A stretch of 64,000 bases of DNA from Octopus sinensis (GCF_006345805.1 NC_043012.1:39866001-39930000); one strand, 5' to 3'. Positions 26,515 to 40,182 are shown, numbered from the stretch's first letter. Made by a program: numbers and translations. The notes: a model not told the origin generated them from the sequence alone.

Positions 26515-26885
26515 GGTTTCTTTATTAACTTCAAGAGTTGATAAAAAGACCAAGGACCTGCACAGGGGGTCACGTGAAAACGTGTAAACAAGAAAAAGAA
26601 CAAAAACAGAACATCAAACAATGAAAAATCCTTTGGAAGCGATAAAACGTCCGAGATGTACTCGTAGAACCCACATAACTGTGGTCACTCTAATCACTAA
26701 GGCAAGTACTCTTTCCTAGTTGTCCCCCGATTTACAAGCACAAGCTCGGATGAGGTTCGCTACTCTCGTCCACTTTCAACGTATTTGCTATGACTCTGCA
26801 CTTCCATCTTCATTCACATTTTCCTTTCCAAGTGAAACGAGGCTAAACGGAAGTTGTCTATCTTCAGCCCTTTCAGTCTCAAGAA
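26515..26885 (-). mobile_element. probable 3' end of an L1/Tx1-like LINE
   Basis: Minus strand gives RLKGLKID...FHLERKM*...KYVE, then after a frameshift KWTRVA, followed by a T-rich 3' UTR ending AATAAAGAAA. Clade assignment is from recollection only. Confidence 0.4.
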
Positions 26886-27624
26886 TCATTTGTGACAAAA
26901 CCGGAAGTGGTGTGGGAACAGGCGAAACGTTTTAGTCTGATGGCGAAATGAAGCACTTTATTATGCGAAACCCAGAACCTGACTGGTACTTTTACATGAC
27001 TTAAGTGTTATAGTGAGACTGCAATTATGATCTTTGGGGATCTTTTCCGTGGTCTTTTAGACTTGGAGCGAGGAATAAAAGCAGAAAGTTGTCTCAACAC
27101 AGAAATGAAACCAACCCCAGCATATTTACTTTTCCTGTCGACAGAGTTATTGTATATAAAGACATGTTCACATATATATACATATTGATATATTCCGTAG
27201 CACAATCTCTCATTAGAAGAGAACGCGCTAATATTATAAACATATATGAATAAATTACTCACGCACAGCTCTTTACTTGTGTGCTTTCGAGAGAAACATA
27301 TGTTTCAACTGTGTTCATTCCATTGCAAAATTTCAAAGACTCTGAATAGTGGATTATATTTTATCTGATGCGATTTTTTCATGTGGTGTGAAGGCGATTT
27401 GGCTGTTATTTCTAAAGGTATAAGGCACCATATGGAATCCTAAGTTTGGAATCGTTGTTGGTGATGATGGTGGTTATAAAATTTTACCTCAAAATCCTTC
27501 AACTTGTAAATGTTAATACAGTTCTATATTTAAGAGATGAGGAATTATGTACATTATTTACATTTGACGGATGAGGACAAATATTCGTCAAATGTAAATA
27601 ATGTAAATGTTAAACTGACAAAAA

Positions 27625-28050
27625 AGCTAGCCTTACAAAATCTGAAAGTGGAAAGTCTCGCCTTACGAAACTTCAACATATGCATCACACAAGACTTCAT
27701 CTCATAAAAATTCACCTTACGGAACTTAGCTTTACAAAACCTCACATTATGGGACTTCGCCTTACAAAACCTCAACGCATTTGTACTCCAATGTACAAAA
27801 TCTCAAATGAGAAATACTGACCACACAAGCCTTCGTTTCATAAAACGTTAACTAAAAAAGCTGTTACTCCCTACAGTGCCTCGGCATTGAAATTGCTTAT
27901 CTTACAGAACATAGATGCATAGCATCACCTGACAGGTGTAAGCTCACCTTATCTACAAAACTAGGACTTACTTTGCAAAAACCTCTCTTTACTCACCGAA
28001 CCACAACTAATCTACAGCTGTGCCTTACTAAAACCTCAACTGCCCTCAAA
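27625..28050. repeat. degenerate ~15-bp minisatellite
   Basis: Recurrent CCTTACAAAACCTCA / CCTTACGGAACTTAG / CCTTACGAAACTTCA units. Confidence 0.65.
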
Positions 28051-28218
28051 CTACAGAAATTATATAATTCTACCAACAATTTATTCCTCCCCCGAAGTAT
28101 TATTTAAAACTTTCGGCTCCACTTCCGAAGACATTCAGTATAAATAATACACAAGTTCTTTATTTCTGTGTAGTTGTCTCCTTCCTTAATTGAGATGGAG
28201 GGAGTCCCTGCTTTTCTA

Positions 28219-28270
<52 letters not shown>

Positions 28271-28287
28271 GTGTGTGTGTTGTGTGT

Positions 28288-28338
<51 letters not shown>

Positions 28339-28350
28339 TAGATAGATAGA

Positions 28351-28382
<32 letters not shown>

Positions 28383-28825
28383 GATATATATATATATACT
28401 TGTTTTGGTGCGTGTGTGTATATGCACCATGAATCGGTGTGATGTGCGCAAATGTGTGTTTGCATGTGCATATAGGAGTGTGTGGATACTTGCTCGTGTA
28501 TTTCTGAGTGTCTGTTCAGGATATATATCTTATGCGATTGTGTATATATGTATGCATGTGTGTATATATTTGTGTGTGTGTGTGTGTACACACACCCATA
28601 CATACATGTGTGTTGTATGAGTATGTATGTATGTATGTGTGTCTTTATGTTATGTATAAATGAGTGAATTAGTGTGTATGGATGGCGGCTATAGAAATTG
28701 TCAGATGACCAAGTTGAATAACTTTTGTCCAAAAGGCGAAAATCATTCATTCATTTGCTTCTGCAGTCTGTCCTCCAACCACACACACACAACCACATAC
28801 ATACATACATACATACATACATACA

Positions 28826-28861
<36 letters not shown>

Positions 28862-28906
28862 TATACATATATACATATATATATATATACATACATACAT
28901 ACATAC

Positions 28907-28957
<51 letters not shown>

Positions 28958-30076
28958 ATGTACACAGTGGGTGTTTATTTGGAGAGCAGAGAACTTCATT
29001 AATTACATTCCAGCTGGTCTGTTTCCAAGACTGATAAACTGATCAAACATATCTTGACTGATAGCATCTACTCTTACGATTCCGACATTTTATATATAAA
29101 TATATAATACAGAAACACAATACAGATACTTAGAAATATACATATATTTATATACATACATATGTATGTAGTATACACATAAAATCATGACAGATATATA
29201 TATATATATATAGTATTCATAGATAGATTCTCTGAGGGCAACCGAGCGAGTTCGTACCAATTTCCTGTGAGAGAAGACAGAAATGAAAAACGGTTCATCT
29301 TATTCGTTTGTCCATTCCAAATTGTTTCGTTTGTCTGTTTACATTTAATGGGGTGAAGTGATAAGGGAAAATATTAAATATGATATCTAAATATTAAATA
29401 TCATATCTAGTGCTAACATGCTATCTTAAACATAGCTTTCCAGCAGCGACACGGACTTTTATACATAATTGTGATATATTACATTAGAATATATTTTTTC
29501 ATAGAAGTAAGAGAGGGTGAAGTAGTGACATGCATGAAACTGAAAGGTTAAATTACAAACTAGCAAAGAGTAAGAGAAAATCTGTGATATAGTGTATTCC
29601 TAGCTCTAACTAAGGAGAGATATAGCTGAAGGCCTTCCAGTTGGGACTAATATCGTTCTTTCATATAACACTAGATTCTTTAATATGTCGTTTCTCTTTT
29701 AAAGCAGTAGGTTGTGAGTTAATTGGGTCGTGGTTGCTATTTCTTACAAGTCAAGCAGTCACCTAGTTGCTTCTTTCGTTGTTGTTTAGTTCAAAGTTAT
29801 CCCTGAGCGAACAGACGTATAGAAAATGTTATTGTAGATCTAACGATACTATCCGTATATCATGAAGTAGAGATTACTTTTTTTTTCCCGTTCGACGCCA
29901 TGTTTTATTGGCTGGATACAGAACTTGCGTTTGCATACGCCTCACTAAATGCTCTTAAATGGTATTCAGTTTGTCGGCCATCAAGAATCAAAAGCAAAGC
30001 AGACACTGGGTGAAATTTGAACTTGGCGATATATAAAAATGTTCTAATAAATAACAGTCGTAGTGTATTCCAGCAT

Positions 30077-30407
30077 GGGGCTGTGTGGTAAGAAGCTTGC
30101 TTCCCAACTACATGGAACCGTGTTCAGTCCCACTGAATGGCACCCAGGGGAAGTTTCTTCTACTGTAACCTCGGGCCGATCAAAGCTTTTTGGGTGAATT
30201 TGGTAGACGAAAACTGAACGTAGCTTGTCGTGTATGTGTCTTTGTGTCTGTGTTTGTCTCCCACCATCGTTTGACAACCGGTGTTGGTGTGTTTATCTTC
30301 CCGTAAGAGACCGATAGAATAAGTACTGACATCGATTCAGTCGACTAAAATTCTTCAGGGATGTGCCCCAGTATGGCCACCGGCTAATGACTGAAACAAG
30401 TAAAAGA
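30077..30407 (+). mobile_element. SINE family A (diverged)
   Basis: Colinear match with deletions. Confidence 0.82.
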
Positions 30408-30903
30408 AAACAAATACAGTATGTCTGATAAAAAAACAGACGTGGTAGCCATAGCTGGAACGCTATTGATCAAGTGTCTGCCGCATTCTAATTAAATCGA
30501 GTATAAACAACAACTAATACTAGAAGATAACACAATTTCTCTCTCTTTCTCCACATCACTCCTGTTAATATCTTTCTCACCCCTCTCTCTCGATATATAT
30601 ATGTGTGCATCTTTCCTCCCTCTCTCTCCTCTCTCTATCTGTCTTCCCTCTCTTCAATCTGTTTATCTCTTCCCCTCTTTTTCAGTCTCTGTTTATCGCC
30701 CTCTTTATCCTCAATTCCCGATATCGTATTTATTACAACGCAAAAATGACCCTTTTTTTCCATTCCATCCTAGCAAATGGAATTTAACGCCAAAATGTCT
30801 GGCACACGTTATATTTTACTCCGCTTTATTTATTACTACACACATACACACACACACACACCACTGTGGTTTTCTGTCTGCGAGTCTATGAATACTTTTG
30901 TAC

Positions 30904-30936
<33 letters not shown>

Positions 30937-31797
30937 ATTTTAAACAAGTTCTTTTTTCTTCTCAAATACTGAAAAATAATACATAAGATGAAGTAAAGAC
31001 CAATCAAATATTTTATCATATTTAGGAATGGTGGAACAAAACAAAGAGGGAAGCGTTCATCGTATACATGCAATACGGACAAACAAAAATAAAACTTAAA
31101 AATAAGCAAAAATATCGTTGATAAACATATTTGTGAAAAAAAATTAATCTTCCTTTCATTTCGTTTTCTCTGTTTTCTTTGTTCTTTATTGTTGTTGCTC
31201 TGTCTTTTGTTTCCAAGGATCCCAAAGAACTCGGTTTTTCATAATTTTTTTTCCCAGCCAATGTCTTTTTTGACGTTGGCTCCGCAATGGCTGATGTTTC
31301 ATTTGACCTTGTAGCATCTGGGTACACAACTTTGTATGCAAACACTTACACACACATTCGTACAGACAAGCACTTACGAAAACACAATCATACACACATA
31401 GACACACTTGGACATATGTACAAGCATAGATATGAATGCGAATATATAAATATATACACACACGCGTATAGATATATATATATATACACGCATTCATATG
31501 TGTGTGTGTGCGTGCATATTTGCATGCATATGTTATACGTATTATATACATATATGCATACATAACGGGTATATATGCAAAGTATACGCATTTGTATTCA
31601 CGAGTCCGTAGCATGTAAATTGCGTCATCCTTAATTGCGTATATAAACTGTCTACCTATATGACGATGTGTGTGTATGTATGTATGCATGTATGTATGTA
31701 TGTATGTATGTATGTATGTATGTATGTATGTATGTATATATATATATATATATATATAATATATGTCCACAGTAATTTCTTACATTTATATATATAT

Positions 31798-32180
31798 AGG
31801 CGCAGAAGTGGCTGTGGGGTAATTATTTTGCTTACCAACAACACGGTTCCGGGTTCAGTACCACTGCGAGGCACCTTGGACAAGTGTTTTCTACTATAGC
31901 CGTGGGCCGACCAAAGCCTTGTGAGTGGATTTGGTCGACGGAAACTGAAAGAAGCCCGTCGTATATATATTTCAATATATCTGTGTATCATTATTTGTCC
32001 CCCCAACATCACCTCACAACCGATGTCGGTGTGTTTACGTCGCCGTGACATAGCGGTTCGGCAAAAGAGCCTGATAAATTAAGTACTAGGCTTACAAAGA
32101 ATAAGTTCTGGGGTCGATTTGTTCGACGAAAGGCGGTGCTCCAGCATGGCCACAGTCAAATGACTGAAACAAATGAAAGA
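31798..32180 (+). mobile_element. SINE family A, full length
   Basis: AGGCGCAGAAGTGGCTGTG...TGACTGAAACAA. Confidence 0.9.
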
Positions 32181-32195
32181 ATATATATATATATA

Positions 32196-33484
32196 CGAGG
32201 GGCGTTCAATAAGTAATGCCCCTGACCCACTTCCCATAGCAGTAGAGCAACGAAACTTGGCACAGTTATTAGTATTTTTCTACATAGGAACCACCCAGGG
32301 TTACGCATTTCTCCCATCGTTTGATGCGGCTCTGGAGACCGTTTTTGTAGAAGAACCGAGCTTGGTCCTCCAATCTCAACGTGACTTCAGAAATCAAGGC
32401 TGCATCATCTGGGAAACGCTTTCCTTTCAAAAACAACTTCATGATTGGGAAGAGGTGAAACTCAGAGGGTGCAAGGTCAGGAAAGTAGGGTGGATGGGGA
32501 GGAGTTCATAGCCATACGCCTGTGCTTCTGATCTGGCGACAAGCGAGTTGTGGACCGGAGCGTTGTCCTGCAGGAGGAGGATGCCTTTGCTGATCTTGCC
32601 CCGCCTCTTGATTTTGATAACTTCTCTTAATTTCCTCAAAAGTGAAGCATAATAGGCTCCTGCAATTGTGGTACCCTTTGCCAGGAAATCTGCCATCACT
32701 ACTCCGTCCTGGTCCCAGAAGACTGTGAGCATGACCTTGCCAGCGGAGGGCTGCACCCTTGCCTTCTTTGGAGGGGGTGAGTCACGGTGCTTCCACTGCA
32801 TTGACTGGGCTTTGGTCTCTGGATCATCGTGATGGACCCAGGTTTCATCCTGTGTAATCAGTATTTTGAAAAATTTTGACTCATCTTCTTGGCACATCTC
32901 CAAATTCACCCTCGAGCACTCGACGCGTTCTTGCTTCTGGAAAGGCGTGAGCAACCTGGGAATCCATCTGGCAGACACCTTTTGCATATACAAATGGTCA
33001 TGAGTGATAGTTTCCACAGACCCGGTACTAATCTTGACCTCATGGGCTATTTGGCGAATAATTATGCGTCGATCTTCCAAAATGGCAGCCTCAACTTGAC
33101 GGACAGATGCCGCATCAATGGCAGAAGGGGCGACCAGATCTGGAGCTGTTTCCACAGAGTTCCGACCATCTTTGAATTCACGATGCCAGCGTTTTACAAG
33201 GTCATATGATGGGGCATCATCACCATAAGTTACTTTCATTTCATCAAAAGTCTCCCGTGGTGTGCGTCCTTTCAAATACAAAAACCGGATCACTGCTCGA
33301 CACTCAACAGGCTCCATTTCACACTTGACTCAGTTCAAACACCTGTAAATCAGAAACCACAATTAATTCAGAGCTGTAATTTGCCACTTACTCTATAGAC
33401 ATATTAATGACTGCACATGCAAAATTTCAGCTAGATCAAACAACTGCAAGTGGGTCAGGGGCATTATTTATTGAACGTCCCTCG
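32196..33484 (-). mobile_element. full-length mariner (Tc1/mariner) DNA transposon, 1289 bp, probably irritans-like
   Basis: 37-bp TIRs at 32196-32232 and 33448-33484 (2 mismatches), TA target duplication on both sides, internal transposase. Confidence 0.96.
32269..33317 (-). pseudogene. mariner transposase, frameshifted near 32500
   Basis: N-terminal HTH region, WIPRLL, TQDETW, QDNAPVH. After a 1-nt deletion the frame continues HPPYFPDLAPSEFHLFP...RWEKCVTLGGSYVEKY* (stop at 32269-32271). Confidence 0.93.
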
Positions 33485-33485
33485 T

Positions 33486-33543
<58 letters not shown>

Positions 33544-33767
33544 ATATATATATATATATACATAATACATACATACATACTACATACATACATACCTACA
33601 TACATACGTACATATGTGTGTATGTGTCTGTGTATTTATATACGTATGCATGTATTCCATTATGGAATTAACCAACTATTTCACTATAATGTATGATTAT
33701 AAATATACACCATGTGTAGAATTATGGATATTTTGAATTATATATATACATACACACACATATATAA

Positions 33768-33805
<38 letters not shown>

Positions 33806-33899
33806 AAACAGTTGCACGTGTGTATATACGTTTCAGGTTTGTATTCATTGAAAGAAAACAGTATGACTGATTTAGAGAAAACGAAGGACTTATGACGAA

Positions 33900-34215
33900 G
33901 TTGTTGGGAGAAAATATATATGGGAGACGACAAGTTGCTCAGATGTTCTGTGGCGAGACTTGATCGAGATAAACCCATGAAATATTTTAAAGGGTGCAAA
34001 ATTAAGGTCGAATAAAAGTGCTGAGTAGCAAAGGCCATAAGCTATTGATAAAAAGCCCGCGAAATTCAGGCATATACTGTAAAAACCAGATGCGTGCAAT
34101 CTATGGCTCACCATTCTCCGTCTGTAGGCAAATATTGGTAATGCACTCTTGTGCAAGCGAGATGGAATCAAGTCCAGATGATGGCAGCATTTTAGCGATG
34201 TTTTGAACAGTGATT
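33900..34215 (+). mobile_element. degenerate RTE-clade LINE fragment (region between endonuclease and RT)
   Basis: Broken frames give KAREIQAY...MRAIYG...WQHFSDVLN, matching the KA.EIQ.YAD / IYG / RW.EHF..LLN pattern. Confidence 0.45.
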
Positions 34216-34349
34216 CATCACATAATTTCTTGTTTCTTTGTCATTTATTTAATTTCTTACAACGCTCTGCACTCGACTGACGCTTTCTCCTGAAGAATTC
34301 TAATACAAGGTTACTTGTATCGCTGCGCCTAAACGAAATGGTAATCTAG

Positions 34350-34835
<486 letters not shown>

Positions 34836-36073
34836 ACGGATAGATACCAATATTTATTAGTTAGCTACTTACCTAACCGTATAATTTATGTAATTATCTA
34901 TTTATCTATATTACTCCTCCTGCAAGTGTGTGTGGATAAATGTGTGTGTGTTCATATTTCTAAAGTAAAAAATATGTTGTTTTAACATCAAACAGTCTAA
35001 ATAGACATAAATGTGTGTGTGTTGTGTATTATATAATCGAAATAAAGCTTTGTTTGAAACAATTCAAAATGTTTCACAGATCCTTATTTGCTATGCGCAC
35101 ACACGCACACGCACGCACACGCACGCACACGCACGTACACACACGCACACGCACGTACACACACGCACACGCAGATACCCACACACATTTATGCATGTTT
35201 TTGTTTCATTCATTTTTTTTTTCAATGTTTTTCTTTTTAATCTTTCCGTTCCTCTTTGATGGAATCACTGTGATCATTCCCTTAAAGTTGAATAGATTTT
35301 ATTTTCTCCCATTTTAATCTCATCCAACTTTAAAAAAAAATTATTTTGTATCATTCATTTTTGAAGCTGTGCCATTTGCAACAAAACCAAAATTGGGAGA
35401 ATTAATGTTTCCTCTGATGGGTTAAATTTATGTTCGTAAAACTTGGGTGAAAAATCTCTAAATTGAAGTTGATTAAATAAATGCTTTACCTCGCTCTTCT
35501 CTTTTCCGTTCGTTTGTTTGATTCAAACTGGTTGTCAGGCAAAAGAAATGGTTGGTTGCTCCAGCTTGTGTAAAACTCCCTCTTGCACAAGCCGGAAGTG
35601 AAAACTCACCCTATACTTTTCAATATGGCTGTGGAAAAATTGCCTTTCTTCGCCTATCTCTATAAAAATCGTACTCCATCTGCTATAATACCGTATCTAG
35701 ACTCTCCTCAAGTTAATCTGTATTATAAAAGGACAAAATTAGTATAGCCCTCGATACATCATCTCTCAAAAATAAGAACAGACGTAATGTTCACTGGTGA
35801 CCACCATTCCGCATGGTTTGGCTCAATCTGAACGCTGACCTCTGGCTTCAATCATATGTAAGAGGGAAAGTCAGGAAGGGATGTAATCTTTATTTCGATC
35901 ACCGTTTCACACCTTTTCCTATATTCATGGAGTCAAAAAGTTATGCAAATAAAGATTGCATTACTTTCTGATTCACCTACGTGATTATTAATTAGTGTTA
36001 ACTTCCACAAACGATCATCATCTCCACCTCACAAAAAAGAACATGGACGAATTTTCATTTTTTTCTCATATAC

Positions 36074-36126
<53 letters not shown>

Positions 36127-36215
36127 GATTTTGTTTTAGATATAAATTGTTTTGATGTACGCATACGCACATGCATATATACATACATATATATATATAA
36201 TATATATTTATATAT

Positions 36216-36607
36216 TCTCTTTACTCTTTTACTTGTTTCAGTCGTTTGACTGCGGCCATGCTGGAGCACCGCCTTTAGTCGAGCAAATCGACCCCGGGAC
36301 TTATTCTTTGTAAGCCCAGTACTTATTCTATCGGTCTCTTTTGCCGAACCGCTAGGTGACAGGGACGTAAACACACCAGCATCGGTTGTCAACCAATGCT
36401 AAGGGGACAAACACAGACGCACAAACATATATATACATATATACGACAGGCTTCTTTCAGTTTCCGTCTACCAAATCCACTCCCAAGGCATTGGTCGGCC
36501 CGGGGCTATAGCAGAAGACACTTGCCCAAGATGCCACGCAGTGGGACTGAACCCGCAACTATGTGGTTTGTTAGCAAGCTACTTACCACACAGCCACTCC
36601 TGCGCCT
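36216..36607 (-). mobile_element. SINE family A, full length
   Basis: Ends CACACAGCCACTCCTGCGCCT; flanked by (TA)n. Confidence 0.92.
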
Positions 36608-36848
36608 ATATATATATATGTATGTATGTATGTATGTATACATATATATACATATATGTATATATATATATATATATGGTGTGTGTGTGTGGTGTGTGTG
36701 TATGTATGTATGTATGTATGTATGTATGTATGTATGTATGTATGTATGTATGTATGTATGTATGTATGTGTGTATGTATATATATATCGTTTTTTTTTAT
36801 GGCTTGCAAGATTATTGATGTTACCTCGAGTGTTGAAACAAATCTTGA

Positions 36849-37014
36849 GTCTTGGGAAGGTCATTACGCCAATAGTAATGATACGTGCACTGGGTCAATA
36901 TCACTTCTTTATTGTCAGTCAGTTGGTTAGATATCTAACCAGTTGACTAATAATGTGTTATTGAATATCGAACCAGTGCGTGTGTCATTATTGGCGTAAT
37001 GACCCTCTCAAGAC
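36849..37014. repeat. loop-less imperfect palindrome (foldback)
   Basis: Centre GGTTAGAT|ATCTAACC; outer arms GGTCATTACGCCAATA / TATTGGCGTAATGACC. Confidence 0.88.
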
Positions 37015-37141
37015 ACAATGTGATGTGTGTGTGAGTGTATATATATTATATTTATATTATATCACATTATACTAACATATGTAAATACCCCATGTTATCA
37101 TCATTTTCATCGTCATTGCTAATATCTTATTGTCATCGTAC

Positions 37142-37218
37142 CTAATATAGATCTTTCTTTTATTTCAGGTAAGTGGTACATTTAACCCATTTCTGCTGAG
37201 TTTCCAGTTAAGGTATGT
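37142..37218 (+). promoter_or_regulatory. candidate recursive splice site with 44-nt cryptic RS-exon
   Basis: CTAAT branch-like motif (37142), TCTTTCTTTTATTTCAG|GTAAGT (AG at 37167-37168), second donor AAG|GTATGT at 37212/37213. Confidence 0.55.
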
Positions 37219-37925
37219 TTATATGCATAATTTAGTCTTTTCTTCTTTGACTGGTTTTATTCATTGAACAGCAGCCACGCTGGAGCACCGCTTTTACTGG
37301 GTTTGCCAATCATATCAATTTCAGTTGTTATTTTATCAAATTTTGTAGAACCACTTGGTTACGGAACATGTGGGGGGGGGGGGCATACAAATTTTATAAG
37401 GAAAAGTATGAGAGCGTCTTTGCACACTGCTAACCAGCCTACGAATAAAGAGCGAAACTAGACTAGTCCAGTGATCCTAGAGTCGCTCATGGGCGGTTAC
37501 CTCTTCTGTAAGTGTTTATATAATATGCGTTTCATACAGCATTATGAGTTTTTAACTCTTATCTATTGCAGTATAGGTGCTCCGTCACCCTCAGTCACAA
37601 TTAGTGACGATAAAATGTTTCCCTTACGGTATTATATTGCGCCTAGCTATTTATATTAATGCTGTGTGTGTGTGTGTTTGAGTGTATGAGTGAGATATTC
37701 TTTTATCTGTTTCAGCGCCTAAAGTCTGTGACCATGCTAGAGCACTTTTTATTAAATTATTAGTTTTCTTTTTACCCATTTAACTGTTTTTATTTTATTG
37801 TTTCGTGGTTCTCCCCCCCCCCACCTCAGGTTCTATATTTCGTATGTTTCACCTTCTTAACGTCTTAACCGCGACCCTATGACCGCGAATCCGCTGCCCT
37901 AACCACTGGGCCATTGCGCCTACTA

Positions 37926-38237
37926 AGTGGTTAGGGCAGCGGACTCGTGGTCATAGGATCGCGGTTTCGATTTCCAGACCGAGAGTTGTGAATGTTTATT
38001 GAGCTCTACGTGGATGATGGCGAACCCTGCTGTATTCTTTCACCACAACTTTCTCTCACTTTTTCTTCCTGTTTCTGCTGTACCTATATTTCAAAGGGCT
38101 AGCCTAGTCCCCGAGAACTAGGTTAGGGTACACGTGTCTGTGGAGTGCTCAGCCACTTGCGCGTTAATTTCACGAGCAAGCTTTTCCGTTGATCGGATCA
38201 ACTGGAACGCTCGTCGTCGTAACCGACGGAGTGCCAC
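37926..38237 (+). mobile_element. SINE family C, preceded by an inverted copy of its own head (37868-37920)
   Basis: AGTGGTTAGGGCAGCGGACTCG...GGTTTCGATTTCC head; body matches 8-307 but the tail differs. Confidence 0.82.
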
Positions 38238-39469
38238 GATAATTCCTTAGATAAATTGTATTTCATCATACCATAACATGATACGGTTAATGATCGATAT
38301 AATATACACTGATCATTGATTACCGACTACGAAAACGATTGTAATCAAATAACTAAAATACCAACTATTTTCTTTCTGGTTATTCATTTAAACTAGACAG
38401 ACCGACGGACCGACGGATGGATGGATAGATGGGCGGGCGAGTATATATAGTTTTATTCATGGTAATAATTATGCTTACATCTGAATGGAACAGAAAAGTC
38501 TACGAGATATTTATAAGAGTCTTATCGGTCTGCTGTAGCTAAATAATATTCAATAAAGAGATTTCTGATTGAATAAGGCCTCGAATAAGAATTAAGTTGT
38601 TTAACGTAGTGTTAAAAGCTTCATAACATGTTAAACGCAAAATGGAAATATTACGTGCCATGCATAATGTCACAAATCGCAGAATACATAGGCGGGTTGA
38701 TTAATGAACGTAAATATGTGGATTTGCTGAAAGCATCTGCAACGAAACAGACGATAATGTCATTCATGAGAAAGTGTTAACATTTTAACATAATACGAAT
38801 TGTAAACAAATGGTCGATAATGTCATACAACGCACGATTGTTACGAAGGTACAACAAAAATTAACTGCAAAAGAATGAAAAACTAGATCGGTCATCTTTC
38901 TAATGAAACGATTGAAAATGCTACAATGTGACTAAAATGGCTTCATAAAATTTGTGAAATCAAGTACTAGCTGGTTATTCTTCGGTGAATCGTGAGCTTA
39001 TCACCTTTGCTATCAAAGGAAACTATTATTCTGACATAACAATTCCTGAGTTGATCCAGTCGTAAATATATTAGTTGTCGTCGTAGTGGCCAGTCAGATT
39101 TTAGGACGACATTTCAAAGAGTTGCGTACCACCTCGTAGACGACAATTGTTTAATGAAATGCAATGAATTCCAGTTTGTTTAAATTCTACTTTAGTCTAA
39201 CCCTAGAAATACTGGAATAGTTGAATAACCAATGGACTGAATATAACTGTGTACGGGAGACTATTACGGGTAAGCCTAATCTCTGGCAGGAAAGAGAAGA
39301 CAGCTGTGGTATGTTAAGTAAAACGTGTGTAATTAGATACTGAAATGGCCCAACGTGCAACTTTAGGCAAAAAGACTGTTGATTAAAATATCCACCACTG
39401 TTTAATCAAAATCAAGGAAATAGTATGTGCGTGTGTACGTGTTTCTCAGCATGTTACTATATTTGTATG

Positions 39470-39532
<63 letters not shown>

Positions 39533-39768
39533 GTGCGTGTGTGTGTATATATATATGTGCGTGTGTGTGCATGTATGTATATATACATATATATAAATCT
39601 ATATATGTATATGTGAGTGTATATATGTATATGTGTATATATATATGTATATATATATTATATATATATATATATACATAAATCTACATATGTATATGTG
39701 AGTGTATATATGTATATGTGTGTGTATATATATATGTGTGTATATATATGTATATGTGAGTGTATATA

Positions 39769-39851
<83 letters not shown>

Positions 39852-40182
39852 ATATAGAATATTCATTTCTATACTTTTTACACATTGTTTATACATTCTT
39901 ATGCTGAATCAAAATTTGCGGAAATGCGGCGCAGCTACCTGCGGGGACTTCCGGTTGTGTACAACAGAAGTAAAATCATTGCTATTGTTAGTGGCAGAGT
40001 GTCAGCTAAAATGATAATCAAAACAGGTTTAAGTATTTGATGCGAATTACTGTAGGAATTTCTTTCTCTATTTATTTATATTTCCCATTTTTGAAATTAT
40101 GCGGGTTAAGCAAAGCTGAATAGTGAGCTTGAATTAAATGTTTTCAAATATCAGGAAAGTAACTGCAGGGTGAGGAGAATAG

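Noticed and set aside
32173-32511. Plus-strand ORFs 32173-32511 and 32889-33209
   Set aside because: Antisense shadows of the mariner transposase.
34860-34885. TAG|GTAAGT on the minus strand as a recursive site
   Set aside because: No polypyrimidine tract upstream.
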